Shown one piece after another: positions 1 through 9,584 of a stretch of DNA of 64,000 bases. The position numbers and the translations under genes were made by a program. The stretch is from a virus. Location of the stretch: positions 1-64,000 of IMG/VR virus record IMGVR_UViG_3300030406_003150; one strand, 5' to 3'. A model generated the notes under the pieces. It saw nothing but the letters and a program-made list of their open reading frames with translations, did no database searches and had not been told where the DNA came from. Position 1 is the stretch's first letter. Each line of letters opens with the position of its first letter.

Positions 1-75
1 CACGGATACGTTTACCCAACCAGGCTGAGCAACCGCACAAAGCGGAAACAATAAAAACAACAATACTCTTAACAT
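1..75 (-). CDS. 5' end of a secreted protein (partial, runs off window): MLRVLLFLLFPLCAVAQPGWVNVSV
   Basis: ATG at 75 right after the holin stop; hydrophobic signal peptide ending AVA|Q, matching the Bacteroidota Q-rule. Confidence 0.65.
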   Translation of the reverse strand, partial: MLRVLLFLLFPLCAVAQPGWVNVSV

Positions 76-76
76 C

Positions 77-505
77 TTACTTCTTTGCTTTTTCGATGGT
101 CCTTCCAGCGAAGTATGCACCGAATGCTGTTAGCATTAATATCTCCAACAAAGATACGTAACTGTCTTTTACGTTAAATGGCAGCTGATCCAGCGAGTCG
201 AGCACCATCGTGACCATGAACATAGCCATCAGGCAGATAAGAGTAACGGGTCTGATAAGCTTAGCAAGCTTGACATCGCTGCCCATATCCGCCTTCCATC
301 TTTCAGTTACATTCTTTTGAAACTCTATCTCTGCATCGACCATAGCCGTCCCCTCTGCGGTGTCCACGTCAGGATCTTTGTCGATAAGGTTTTTCACAAG
401 GCCAAGAGCCCCCTGATCTGGCAGGAGGTCTCCGACTGTGTTTAGTACGTTAGGGGCTTTGCTCTTGAGCCACTTCCCCAACTTGGTGTCTTTAATTTTT
501 TCCAC
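77..505 (-). CDS. Holin-like membrane protein, copy A (3TM/GTA-holin-like)
   Basis: ERWKADM..IRP motif, two C-terminal TM helices, AYFAGRTIEK end; about 87% identical to 53536-53970. Confidence 0.75.
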   Translation of the reverse strand: MEKIKDTKLGKWLKSKAPNVLNTVGDLLPDQGALGLVKNLIDKDPDVDTAEGTAMVDAEIEFQKNVTERWKADMGSDVKLAKLIRPVTLICLMAMFMVTMVLDSLDQLPFNVKDSYVSLLEILMLTAFGAYFAGRTIEKAKK

Positions 506-3500
506 GTATTTCCTCGTATTTCTTGTTAAACATCATTACCAACTTTCTCTCTTGGTCCATAAGTTTTTGGACTCTTGAAACTCTTTCCCCGTAGTTGCTA
601 ATCTTCTTGGCCGCTCTCTTCTGAGCTCTAATAACCTTTAGTGACTTGTTTATCTTCTTTAGATATTCGTTGAGGGTATTAACTCCTTGATACCTATCTC
701 CAGCATTTGGAATTCTATTTTCCTTGTACTCTTTGGCAAGCTGTTTTATTTCAACTTCACTGTCCTTAAACTTCTGCATGTCGTAATACTTGGAGGGCTC
801 TCCGTAAAGAATTCGCATGAAAGGAATATCGTTAAAGTCTAAATCGATTGGATTTTCTGATCTGTCAGCCACAATTTTGCGGCCCGTCTCTATCGAGCGA
901 GTCACAAACCTACCAGTCCCTCCGAGGAAGTACTCGAAGATGTACCAAGCGCCATCAGGATTTATATCGACTACACCTGGAACATCCTCTGAACCGCCTG
1001 TAGCTTCATTCATCCAGCTAAAGAACTGCTTAATCTCCTCTGGAGATCGGAACGACATCGAAGAGTTTGGTTTTGGAGTTCCAAAAGGATACTGCTCTGC
1101 CTTTACTGGTCCGCCAAAGTATGTTTCGTTGAAAGCAAACGCCTCAAAGAACGGCTTGAAAGCTGTGGGGATTGACGTCTTAGCAATCTGAGTACCAAGA
1201 TTATCTGATTGTCCAAAGCTAATGGGCGAAAACGCATTCACCATGGACATAGCCATAAACATTAAACCTTCCGTTGCCTCTTTGTCTCCAGAGGCCACCT
1301 CAACAGAAGTGCTACCTATGTTTGCGAAGATGTTATATCCATACGGCATGGGTATCTTCCAGTAGTTCTCACCGTCAGGGCGCATGATGATGAGGTTCCT
1401 TTCTTTAACGTAATCAGGAATCTTGTTGTAAAACAATTCTCCATCTTCATCCTCATCAGAGGAAGCTCTGTTGAGAAGAGTAAGCATACCACTACTTATA
1501 ATCATAGCTAAAGCTGCCTTTTGAGCTGTAGTAGCTCTTTGGCGCCAATTTCTCATTGAGCCATCAGGCGCGATAGGTGGCTTCAATCCAACTAAAGATC
1601 TGGCTATTCTAGCAGAACCCTGGACAGAAGCGTTAAAGAACAAGTACGTAGCATTTACTGATGCTCCCCACTCACCTTGCTTGTTAAAGTTTACGGTAAT
1701 GTTCTTAGCAAACTGAGCAGCCTTCTCTCTGCTTACCCCGCCTTCACGAGCAGCGATATAAGCTGACAAGCGAATGCTGTTTTCAAATGCATCGTTCATA
1801 CCCTCTACAAACTCAAGGGCTCCCTTAACGCTACCGATTACTTTCTGAGCATTGGTCTGACCGCTATCATCAATCTGTAAATCACCAGCGATATCCTCAA
1901 GACTCTTCTGATAAGCCCATCCAGTCTTTCCTCCGTCGGCCTTGAACTCCTCGTAGTACTTACTGATCATTGGGTCCGCATCCTTGCCTACCTCGTCACG
2001 AATCAAAGCCTTAAGAGTTGGCCCCACCATCTTGAAGATTCTGCGCATAGCTCCAGTCCCATTCAGGAATCCACCTTCCATCTCCGCCTCAGCGGAAGCA
2101 TTGAATATAGCGGACTGAATATCACGAGAGAAGTTACTCAAGATAAACTCAGGGTTTCTAGAGGTAAATGCTGCCCTCAACCACGAGTTTACAGACCCCA
2201 TGAGCTTAACGAAATAGTTGCGCTGAGGCAAGTTCATAGATCGGAGCGCTTGAGCGTAGCTAGCGTCCTTAAAACGAATAGCTTTTTGAACTCCGTTTAC
2301 CCTTACGGAAACAATATTCGGATCATCACTCTTGTATCCGTCGGCTTCTTTGTCGAGCACCTGCCATACATTGGGGTTTGGATTGGCTTCGGCCAATCGA
2401 TAGAGGCTGTTGATAGCCTCGTTTGTACGCCCCTTAATTTTTACAGCAGCATTCTGAGAGATTGCCTGCGCTACTATGTTTGAAGACTCAGTAAATCTAC
2501 CCTTCGCTTTCTTTGTAGTTGAGCCAGATACACTAAACCCAGTACCGCCGTTTGGATATGGGGAGTAAGCCATGTCAGCCTCATCAACAGACTTACCCTG
2601 AAGCGGAACATAGTTTTCAAACATCTGCTCAAACGCATCAATCGTTTCCTGGGACTCAAGTCCGAGCTCAACCATTGAGTCTCTTGTGTCTTGCAAGATG
2701 CCCCTAACGATTGAAGCAGATTCCTCCAGCTGTCGCTTTCTGGCATCTGGAATGGCGTTAAGCATACCCTGAGCATCAAGGTCGCTAATACCGCTACCCA
2801 TCTGATTTTTTCCGTCTGTACGCTCACGAATAACAGCGTTTCGCTCTTGCGCATGAAGCGCGTACATGTATTGGTCAAGATCATCAATGGTGAGGCCGTT
2901 TTTCTTTAGGCTGTCTGTAATCCTTTGCGTCGATCTGTCAAGACCTTCGAGGTCATTCGCTGCCTTACCATACAGAAGTTCCTCGGCCATGCGGAAATCT
3001 TGCTCCCTCCTTACTTGCCCTCCTTGAGAGGCAGCTACGTCTTCCTGAAGCTTGAACACCCTTCTGTATTTGTCCTGTAGCCTAGTCAGCCAAACGTCAG
3101 TAAAGTCTTCTGCCGCTGACTGCTCTCGCATTTGCCATGTGGCTCCACCTAAATCACCGAAGTTATTTCTGTTGTTTGCCTTGGAGAACATAGCCATACG
3201 CATGTCGATGGGAGGCGTGTCCACCTCATACCAACTATTACCGATCTCGTCTCTGACGAGTGTAGACTCAAGACCGATAGATCTCAATGTCTTTGGCAAG
3301 CTTCTGTATCTCTTTCTGAGTGGAGCCTGTTTCTGCACTTCCTCGTCCAGAATCGCCTCACCCATTTCTCCATCGAACATACGATCAACGCCGAACTCCT
3401 CGCTCATGTACTCGTTGAGCTCCACATCACTTGCGTCCCACCATTGAATATCAGCGGCTGTCTTTTCGGTGGGGAATCTAACTACCCTATCGCCGTTTTC

Positions 3501-6500
3501 CTGAGCTCTTTTTATAATATGTCTAATGGTCTGCTTTTCCCAAGAATCCTTGGCGGAAGGTATACCCTCTTTTTTCTCTTCTTTCTCTTTGTTTCTGTAC
3601 TTTTCTACAGCTTCAACAGCCCCGTCGTAAGCCTTCATCCGCTCCTCTGGAGTCATGTCTATAAGCTCTTCACCTAAAGCGATATCAGAAACGGTATCAG
3701 CCATATAGTCAATGCTGATAACCAAGTCTTTGGAGAAGTTTCCAAGATTGTTTTTCTCCCCTGGTTGTACGTATGGATACTTATTGAAGTGATCGTTTAT
3801 GATCTTATCAATCTGCTTTTCAGTAGAGTCAATCGGAGCCTTTAGGTTAGACAGCGCGTACTGTCTAAGCAAAATTCTAAATGCCCTTACATTAAAGTTT
3901 GGGTCGTTAGCTAATGCGTTGCTCAGCAGACTCCCCATGTTGGGAGCATCATCAAGCCTGCCTTCTGGGACTATCTCGACCTGTTTGAGAACGTCATCCC
4001 ACCAATCTGGATTTATGGCATTGTCTCTCCCCCCAGCGGCAACCAATAACAAGGTTCTATATTGGTCGTAATTTTCTAAGATGTACTTCAGGAAAGGAAG
4101 ATTCTGAACGGTAACATCGATCTCATCAGAGCCGTAGTTCTCAATGACTGCCTCCTCAGTCATGCTGCCGTCATAGGCTCGATCCAACCCCTTTTGATAC
4201 GTGTCTGACTGAATCTCAGATACATACAACACTCCTGGTTGATTTGGGTCAGAAAATATTCTCACATGAGCGTGAACAGGAAAATCAAAGTGTTCTTCGA
4301 ATATTCCTGGAGTGCCATATATGTTGTCGTCTCCAACAAAGGGGATGGTAGTAGCCTCAAGTCTTCTGTATTTCCTTCCGTAGATTCTATCTAACCCATA
4401 ATCTGCGTGAGACCTTTGCTCTTCTAGGGGTTGCAACATCTTGTTCTCAAGGTGCTGTTCAAACTCTTCCTTAGATATAAACTGTGCACCTGGGTATTTA
4501 GATATAAGATCCTGAAGAACAGCTTGCTCAGCTTTAGACGATTTACCCATAACCTGAAGCACCTGGTTGACAGAAACCCCCTTCCTACCTGCTTTTTCTG
4601 TAAGGGTAATAGACCTCCTCGTGGCAGCTTTTGAGAACTTAACGTTGTTTTTTACATGAGCTCTTACAGTAGAAGAAACGTTAGCCTCAATTGCATATCC
4701 AGCCTCCTTCAACCTTTTTTCTAGTCTCTCAAGCTTTTTTCTAATCTGTGGCTTGGCGCTGGGGCTAGCATTTTTAAGCTTTTCTAGCTGATCCTTTATC
4801 TCATCGACTAAGGCTTTGTTTCCATCGTCATCAAAAATAACCTCTGACAGGCCAGTCTTATCTTTGGCTCCATCAAAATCAAGAGACACCTTTTCATCTA
4901 GATATACGACTTCATCGAGCCCGCCTATATAGTACTTGAAATCAGATCCTTCAACATCCTCTCTAACTGCTTTTCTTTCAGGACCAACGAAAAGCTTATT
5001 AAGGTCTATAACAACAGCCGCCAATGCTGTTCCAGCTTTTGTGCTGCTGTTAAACAGCTCAGTAGAATAAACCTCTTGATAATACTTATCGATCGCTGGC
5101 TGAAGCTGAGTCCCCTTCGATGGCCTTATGAATGGGTATTTTGAAAAAATAGCTGGTCTCTTACCAGTGCCCTTAGTGGAAAGAAACATTCTCAGGCTGC
5201 CGCCAGTCCCAGATACAAAATCATCCTTCTCATGAAAGGCCCCCTCTCGGTCAGCAGCCCAATACATAAATGCCTTGACGCTTTCTAAGCTGTTGTAATC
5301 AATCGGCTTTCCATACTCCTCAACTAAGTTAGTTCTATCGCTTCTTTTTCCTGTCCACTCAGAATCTATAGATCGCTTCAGGTCATCTAAAACAGCCTGT
5401 GTAAACTCGCTATTGTTTTCAACCTCAACGCCCTTAAAAATAATATCTACGATGCCCTTAAACACTGAGCTTCTTCCTGGAAGACTCCTCAAGCTATTCT
5501 GATGCAAATAGACAGTAACCTTTCCCCCATCGGCCTCAAGCTGTTTTTTTGTTTGCATCACGGCTTCAAACTCTTCCTTGAAGACCTCGCCGCTTGTTAG
5601 CCTCTTGTACCTGCTCTCTGCCTCATATGTGTTTCTTCTTTTCTTCTTTTGTGTGGCAATACCAATCCTTAATTTTCTTGCTTCATCCTCAATGTCATCT
5701 TGTATTAACTGCTTTAACTCTCCCTCTGTAGAGGTGAGTATAAAGTCTAAATACTTGAGTCTACCCAGGTCCACTTCTCTGTGTCTTTCTGATGCGTGAG
5801 AAATAGAAAGACCCCTTTCAACCATGGATAGAACCTCCTCTACTCCTCCGCTTACCTCAAACTCAATAAAGTCATTATCACCATACGTAAGTCTAACCGT
5901 CCCTTTCCCTGCAACGTCGTACTTCAAGCTCATTGAAGTAGACGGAAGCTGAGATGGCTTAGCTATACGGACACCATTGAACCTACCATCTTCGGAAATA
6001 GAAGATATCTTGTCTGCACCAACTGAGCTAGTAGAGAATTTAACGTTTGGGCCGATCGATTCACCTGGCTCTCCGTCTTCGTTCACCCGATCCAGACCGC
6101 TCATAGAGTAAATCTCTGAGTGTTCAAAAGGATCAATAACGCCCTGGTCGCCCTTGAGTTCGTTTAGCTCTTCAGGTGAAATACCAGAATCGATAAGCGC
6201 CTGTAGATTCGCCTTTTGAATTACAAGGTCTTCAAACTCTTGCGCTGGATCTCTTGACGTAGACCCCATCGTAAGACGATCATCAATAGGTGGGATAAAG
6301 TTTGGCAAAGACGTGTACATATCCATGCCAGAATCTCTCCACAACTGTGCAGTTTCGTTTCTTAGCTCATACAGCTGCTGTTTAATCTCCTTCTCAACTT
6401 CCCTTGCTGCCTGAGCTCTCTCGGCTCTAAGCTGACCAAATGATTTAATTCTGTCTATTTTTACTTTGTTGCCCTGCTTATCTCTCTTGGGCTTGGGTGG

Positions 6501-9500
6501 CTTTACGTCATAACGCTTGCCGTCCTTAATGAAGTGAACGTTTGTAATGACTCCAGGGAACTCCTGGTTGCCAGTCATCTTATTGTACCAGTTCCTGTAG
6601 TGGAAATAATCCTTTACTGTAATTTTCTGAGGGACAGCAGGCGGCTTGTCAGCCCACTCTACGTACTCAACTCCGTACTGCCTGTCAAAATCGTAGTACA
6701 AGGTAGTGTCCACCAGGTAGTTGAAGTCTCCCTTGGATCGCCTAGACATCTTAACCGATGGAGACCTTGACCCGTCAGGGGAGTAGTCCACAACATCTCC
6801 GTCCAGCGCTCTAGACATAACTCTTGCAAAGCCTCTTAGGTCAGTTTCAGTATTAATGATGTTTCGTCCTGCGAACCTATTGATAAGGTCAGCAATTCTC
6901 TGCCAGATATTTCTGTAAGAGTTAGGAGTATTTAAGTAGCTTCTTACAAACCCAGCAAGCAGCTCCTCCTCAAACGTAGCCTTATCTCTTTTCTCTTGTG
7001 GTGTTCTTGCTGGAACCTTATCAAGTATTGTTTTGATATCCTGACCAGTAAGAGTTCGAGATTGAATCCTTGAAAGCAAAGCGACATCACCTTCAAAGGC
7101 CGCCTTAATTCCTTCTACTCCTGAAGGGAAATAATCGATAACCCTATCACTCAGAATCCTCTTCAGATCTAAGCTCATATCCACAAACTTGACAAGCTGT
7201 GAAATAAACTTACCCCTAACTGTATCGTTAGAGAGGATAGACTCCATCCCGTAATGATACGCTACCTCTTCTGTGACAAGATTTATTACGCTATCGATGT
7301 CTCCAGTAAATCCTTGATCAGTTCTAAGCTGTTCCCTTACCTGTGGGTTAGTTACATCGAGCATATGAATCTGCCCGTTGTGATACCAACCAAATGTAGC
7401 GGTACCAATCTTCATAGCTCTACCCCCATTAACCCCCCGAACAGCCTTATTAAGCGATCCTAACGAGTTGTGGATATAGATTCTGGCGTTTGGAAGCTTG
7501 TCCTTAAACTTAGCGAATGCTTTATTGAGAACGTTGTTCAATAAGTTTCTGAATTCCGTGGGCACCTGGCTCATGGATTCGTCAGTAAGATTCTTAGGGT
7601 CGAGCTCAATAGAGTCGTCTTGCTCCTCTACATCTAGTGTAAATACTGGTCGAGGTTTCTTGTTGGCTTTTCTTTCCGCAGCGTTATACTTAGCCACCTT
7701 CCTTTCGAGTTCTCCCTGCTCCTTCTTTAATCGCTTCAGCTCAGCTCTTTCGTCTACGCTCATAGCAGACGGGCCGCCGACGGACCCGTCAGCACCTACA
7801 GCGTTCTGATATTTAGTTGCAAGCTGACTGATCCTTCTGTTGACAGTCTTTAGCCTGTCACGAGACTGAGATAAAAGCTGCCCAATCATAGTGGCTGACA
7901 TACGATCAAGAGGGATAGAGCCGTCTTCGGCATCCTCTGTCTCGTCATACTCTGAAAGACGATCAGCCTCAGATGTAGACGCACCTTTCTTTGCAGATGC
8001 ATTTGCTTCTTGCTCCTCTCTAGAAACGTTTTCTGAGTTAGCTTCTGTTTCGTTGCCATCTGCCGCCTCAGCAGTCGCTTCTGGGGAAACAGGCTGATCC
8101 TTTGCTCTAGATGCTATTTCATCTAGCTTAGATTGAAGCGCATCAATCTCTGACTTAGCAGCTTTTGATTCTTGTTTATTGCTGAGTTCAACTACAGTTT
8201 CAATGTAATCTTGGGCGTCCTGTGTTGAAAGCCTAACAAGTATGCCCTGGTTGTCTCGGACAGCAGCTGCTCTTTGTCTCAGCGGCTCTGTCTTCTTGTT
8301 AAACAGATTCGACAGGTTGTCGTCTCTCTTTACCTCAAGCTTCATGGACATTAACTCCTGCGGGGTAGATTCCTCTACCAACCTGTAAGCCATCTTGCTT
8401 GAAATCCTTGCGCCTCCTTGCCTGTAGCTTGGAGCAGTCAAGAGCCCCTTGGTAATTGTAACTGGAGCAGTGCCGAGCCCGCCAACAGCTTCCATGATTA
8501 CGTCTGAAGCCGTGTAGTCTTGACCCGCAGCCAAACTACCAGCAATCTCACCAAGACCCCCACCTACAGCCTCACCAGTTAAACCAACACCAACACCCAC
8601 AGCAGCAGCTGGTAAAGCGCCCACCCTTGAGGCTGTTCTTGAAAACGCTCTAGAAGCTCCCCCAGCGGCAAGCCCCTGGGTAATAAATTCTACCGAAGCA
8701 ATAGTAACACCTCTAGTTGCAGCCCTTCTGGCCACATTGAACATGGCGTCTTGGTCGTTAAGGATAGTGCCTAAGTTTTCCTCATTGTATTCAAGTCCAC
8801 GCTCGCTAAGCTCATCCATGACGAACTCAGCCACGGCAGCTTGCGCCTCAATCTTACCGCCTATAACCGAGCTTCCAAGCCTAAAGCCAGCGTATAGGCC
8901 CCCAAGCGCTCCACCTATGTTTCCGATTATTGGGATAGGGCTTCCAGCAAAAGCCCCTGCTAATCCTCCCGCAATGGTAGTGCCCGCAACAGTAGTTAAG
9001 TTCTGTGGGGTAAAGTAAGCGCCCTGACTCTGTGCGAATATCTCGCCTATAACACCCCTGCTAATCTCTCCCTCTTCGTGATACGTGTCTAGAAGCGCCT
9101 TAAATCCAGCGAAGTAATCTTGATACCAAGCAGCTTCCTCTTCTCCTCCATACTCTTTGATTCTTTCAGCATACCTCTCATTGAATCTCTCTAGCTCTGG
9201 CGTCATAGACTGACCTTGAGCCGCAGCGTTAAGATCCATAAACTCCCTCACTTCTTGAGCGTCAACCTCTTCGCCAACGAAGCCTTGACCGACGATGCCG
9301 CTCATCTCCTCAAACTTCTTCTGGGCCTCTTTACCCTGAAGCCCTATATCCCAAAGAGACCCCCAAAAACCTTGGTCTTCCTTAAATACAGCATTGGCCT
9401 GCTCGACATAAGGGACTGATTGATAGAACGATGGATTGAGGTCTCTCACGCGGGTCATTGCCGACGTGTAGTCCTCGCCAGATACACCTTTAGCCCTTAA

Positions 9501-9572
9501 GTAATTATCAGCGTCTATCTCATTGAGTTGAGAAGCTTGGTTTATAAAAAAGTTTAAGTCCTTTTCTTCCAT
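492..9572 (-). CDS. Giant internal virion/DNA-ejection polyvalent protein, 3026 aa, with LPD38-like C-terminus
   Basis: Gly/Ala-rich N-terminal segment, coiled coils, EIQSD module, C-terminal NPEFILSNFSRD / FFNASVQG / WKIPMPYGY motifs; position after tail genes. Confidence 0.7.
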   Translation of the reverse strand: MEEKDLNFFINQASQLNEIDADNYLRAKGVSGEDYTSAMTRVRDLNPSFYQSVPYVEQANAVFKEDQGFWGSLWDIGLQGKEAQKKFEEMSGIVGQGFVGEEVDAQEVREFMDLNAAAQGQSMTPELERFNERYAERIKEYGGEEEAAWYQDYFAGFKALLDTYHEEGEISRGVIGEIFAQSQGAYFTPQNLTTVAGTTIAGGLAGAFAGSPIPIIGNIGGALGGLYAGFRLGSSVIGGKIEAQAAVAEFVMDELSERGLEYNEENLGTILNDQDAMFNVARRAATRGVTIASVEFITQGLAAGGASRAFSRTASRVGALPAAAVGVGVGLTGEAVGGGLGEIAGSLAAGQDYTASDVIMEAVGGLGTAPVTITKGLLTAPSYRQGGARISSKMAYRLVEESTPQELMSMKLEVKRDDNLSNLFNKKTEPLRQRAAAVRDNQGILVRLSTQDAQDYIETVVELSNKQESKAAKSEIDALQSKLDEIASRAKDQPVSPEATAEAADGNETEANSENVSREEQEANASAKKGASTSEADRLSEYDETEDAEDGSIPLDRMSATMIGQLLSQSRDRLKTVNRRISQLATKYQNAVGADGSVGGPSAMSVDERAELKRLKKEQGELERKVAKYNAAERKANKKPRPVFTLDVEEQDDSIELDPKNLTDESMSQVPTEFRNLLNNVLNKAFAKFKDKLPNARIYIHNSLGSLNKAVRGVNGGRAMKIGTATFGWYHNGQIHMLDVTNPQVREQLRTDQGFTGDIDSVINLVTEEVAYHYGMESILSNDTVRGKFISQLVKFVDMSLDLKRILSDRVIDYFPSGVEGIKAAFEGDVALLSRIQSRTLTGQDIKTILDKVPARTPQEKRDKATFEEELLAGFVRSYLNTPNSYRNIWQRIADLINRFAGRNIINTETDLRGFARVMSRALDGDVVDYSPDGSRSPSVKMSRRSKGDFNYLVDTTLYYDFDRQYGVEYVEWADKPPAVPQKITVKDYFHYRNWYNKMTGNQEFPGVITNVHFIKDGKRYDVKPPKPKRDKQGNKVKIDRIKSFGQLRAERAQAAREVEKEIKQQLYELRNETAQLWRDSGMDMYTSLPNFIPPIDDRLTMGSTSRDPAQEFEDLVIQKANLQALIDSGISPEELNELKGDQGVIDPFEHSEIYSMSGLDRVNEDGEPGESIGPNVKFSTSSVGADKISSISEDGRFNGVRIAKPSQLPSTSMSLKYDVAGKGTVRLTYGDNDFIEFEVSGGVEEVLSMVERGLSISHASERHREVDLGRLKYLDFILTSTEGELKQLIQDDIEDEARKLRIGIATQKKKRRNTYEAESRYKRLTSGEVFKEEFEAVMQTKKQLEADGGKVTVYLHQNSLRSLPGRSSVFKGIVDIIFKGVEVENNSEFTQAVLDDLKRSIDSEWTGKRSDRTNLVEEYGKPIDYNSLESVKAFMYWAADREGAFHEKDDFVSGTGGSLRMFLSTKGTGKRPAIFSKYPFIRPSKGTQLQPAIDKYYQEVYSTELFNSSTKAGTALAAVVIDLNKLFVGPERKAVREDVEGSDFKYYIGGLDEVVYLDEKVSLDFDGAKDKTGLSEVIFDDDGNKALVDEIKDQLEKLKNASPSAKPQIRKKLERLEKRLKEAGYAIEANVSSTVRAHVKNNVKFSKAATRRSITLTEKAGRKGVSVNQVLQVMGKSSKAEQAVLQDLISKYPGAQFISKEEFEQHLENKMLQPLEEQRSHADYGLDRIYGRKYRRLEATTIPFVGDDNIYGTPGIFEEHFDFPVHAHVRIFSDPNQPGVLYVSEIQSDTYQKGLDRAYDGSMTEEAVIENYGSDEIDVTVQNLPFLKYILENYDQYRTLLLVAAGGRDNAINPDWWDDVLKQVEIVPEGRLDDAPNMGSLLSNALANDPNFNVRAFRILLRQYALSNLKAPIDSTEKQIDKIINDHFNKYPYVQPGEKNNLGNFSKDLVISIDYMADTVSDIALGEELIDMTPEERMKAYDGAVEAVEKYRNKEKEEKKEGIPSAKDSWEKQTIRHIIKRAQENGDRVVRFPTEKTAADIQWWDASDVELNEYMSEEFGVDRMFDGEMGEAILDEEVQKQAPLRKRYRSLPKTLRSIGLESTLVRDEIGNSWYEVDTPPIDMRMAMFSKANNRNNFGDLGGATWQMREQSAAEDFTDVWLTRLQDKYRRVFKLQEDVAASQGGQVRREQDFRMAEELLYGKAANDLEGLDRSTQRITDSLKKNGLTIDDLDQYMYALHAQERNAVIRERTDGKNQMGSGISDLDAQGMLNAIPDARKRQLEESASIVRGILQDTRDSMVELGLESQETIDAFEQMFENYVPLQGKSVDEADMAYSPYPNGGTGFSVSGSTTKKAKGRFTESSNIVAQAISQNAAVKIKGRTNEAINSLYRLAEANPNPNVWQVLDKEADGYKSDDPNIVSVRVNGVQKAIRFKDASYAQALRSMNLPQRNYFVKLMGSVNSWLRAAFTSRNPEFILSNFSRDIQSAIFNASAEAEMEGGFLNGTGAMRRIFKMVGPTLKALIRDEVGKDADPMISKYYEEFKADGGKTGWAYQKSLEDIAGDLQIDDSGQTNAQKVIGSVKGALEFVEGMNDAFENSIRLSAYIAAREGGVSREKAAQFAKNITVNFNKQGEWGASVNATYLFFNASVQGSARIARSLVGLKPPIAPDGSMRNWRQRATTAQKAALAMIISSGMLTLLNRASSDEDEDGELFYNKIPDYVKERNLIIMRPDGENYWKIPMPYGYNIFANIGSTSVEVASGDKEATEGLMFMAMSMVNAFSPISFGQSDNLGTQIAKTSIPTAFKPFFEAFAFNETYFGGPVKAEQYPFGTPKPNSSMSFRSPEEIKQFFSWMNEATGGSEDVPGVVDINPDGAWYIFEYFLGGTGRFVTRSIETGRKIVADRSENPIDLDFNDIPFMRILYGEPSKYYDMQKFKDSEVEIKQLAKEYKENRIPNAGDRYQGVNTLNEYLKKINKSLKVIRAQKRAAKKISNYGERVSRVQKLMDQERKLVMMFNKKYEEIRGKN

Positions 9573-9584
9573 ATGTCTTCTAGA

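Noticed and set aside
492-9572. crAss-type virion RNA polymerase
   Set aside because: No DxDxD catalytic motif in the expected context could be recognised
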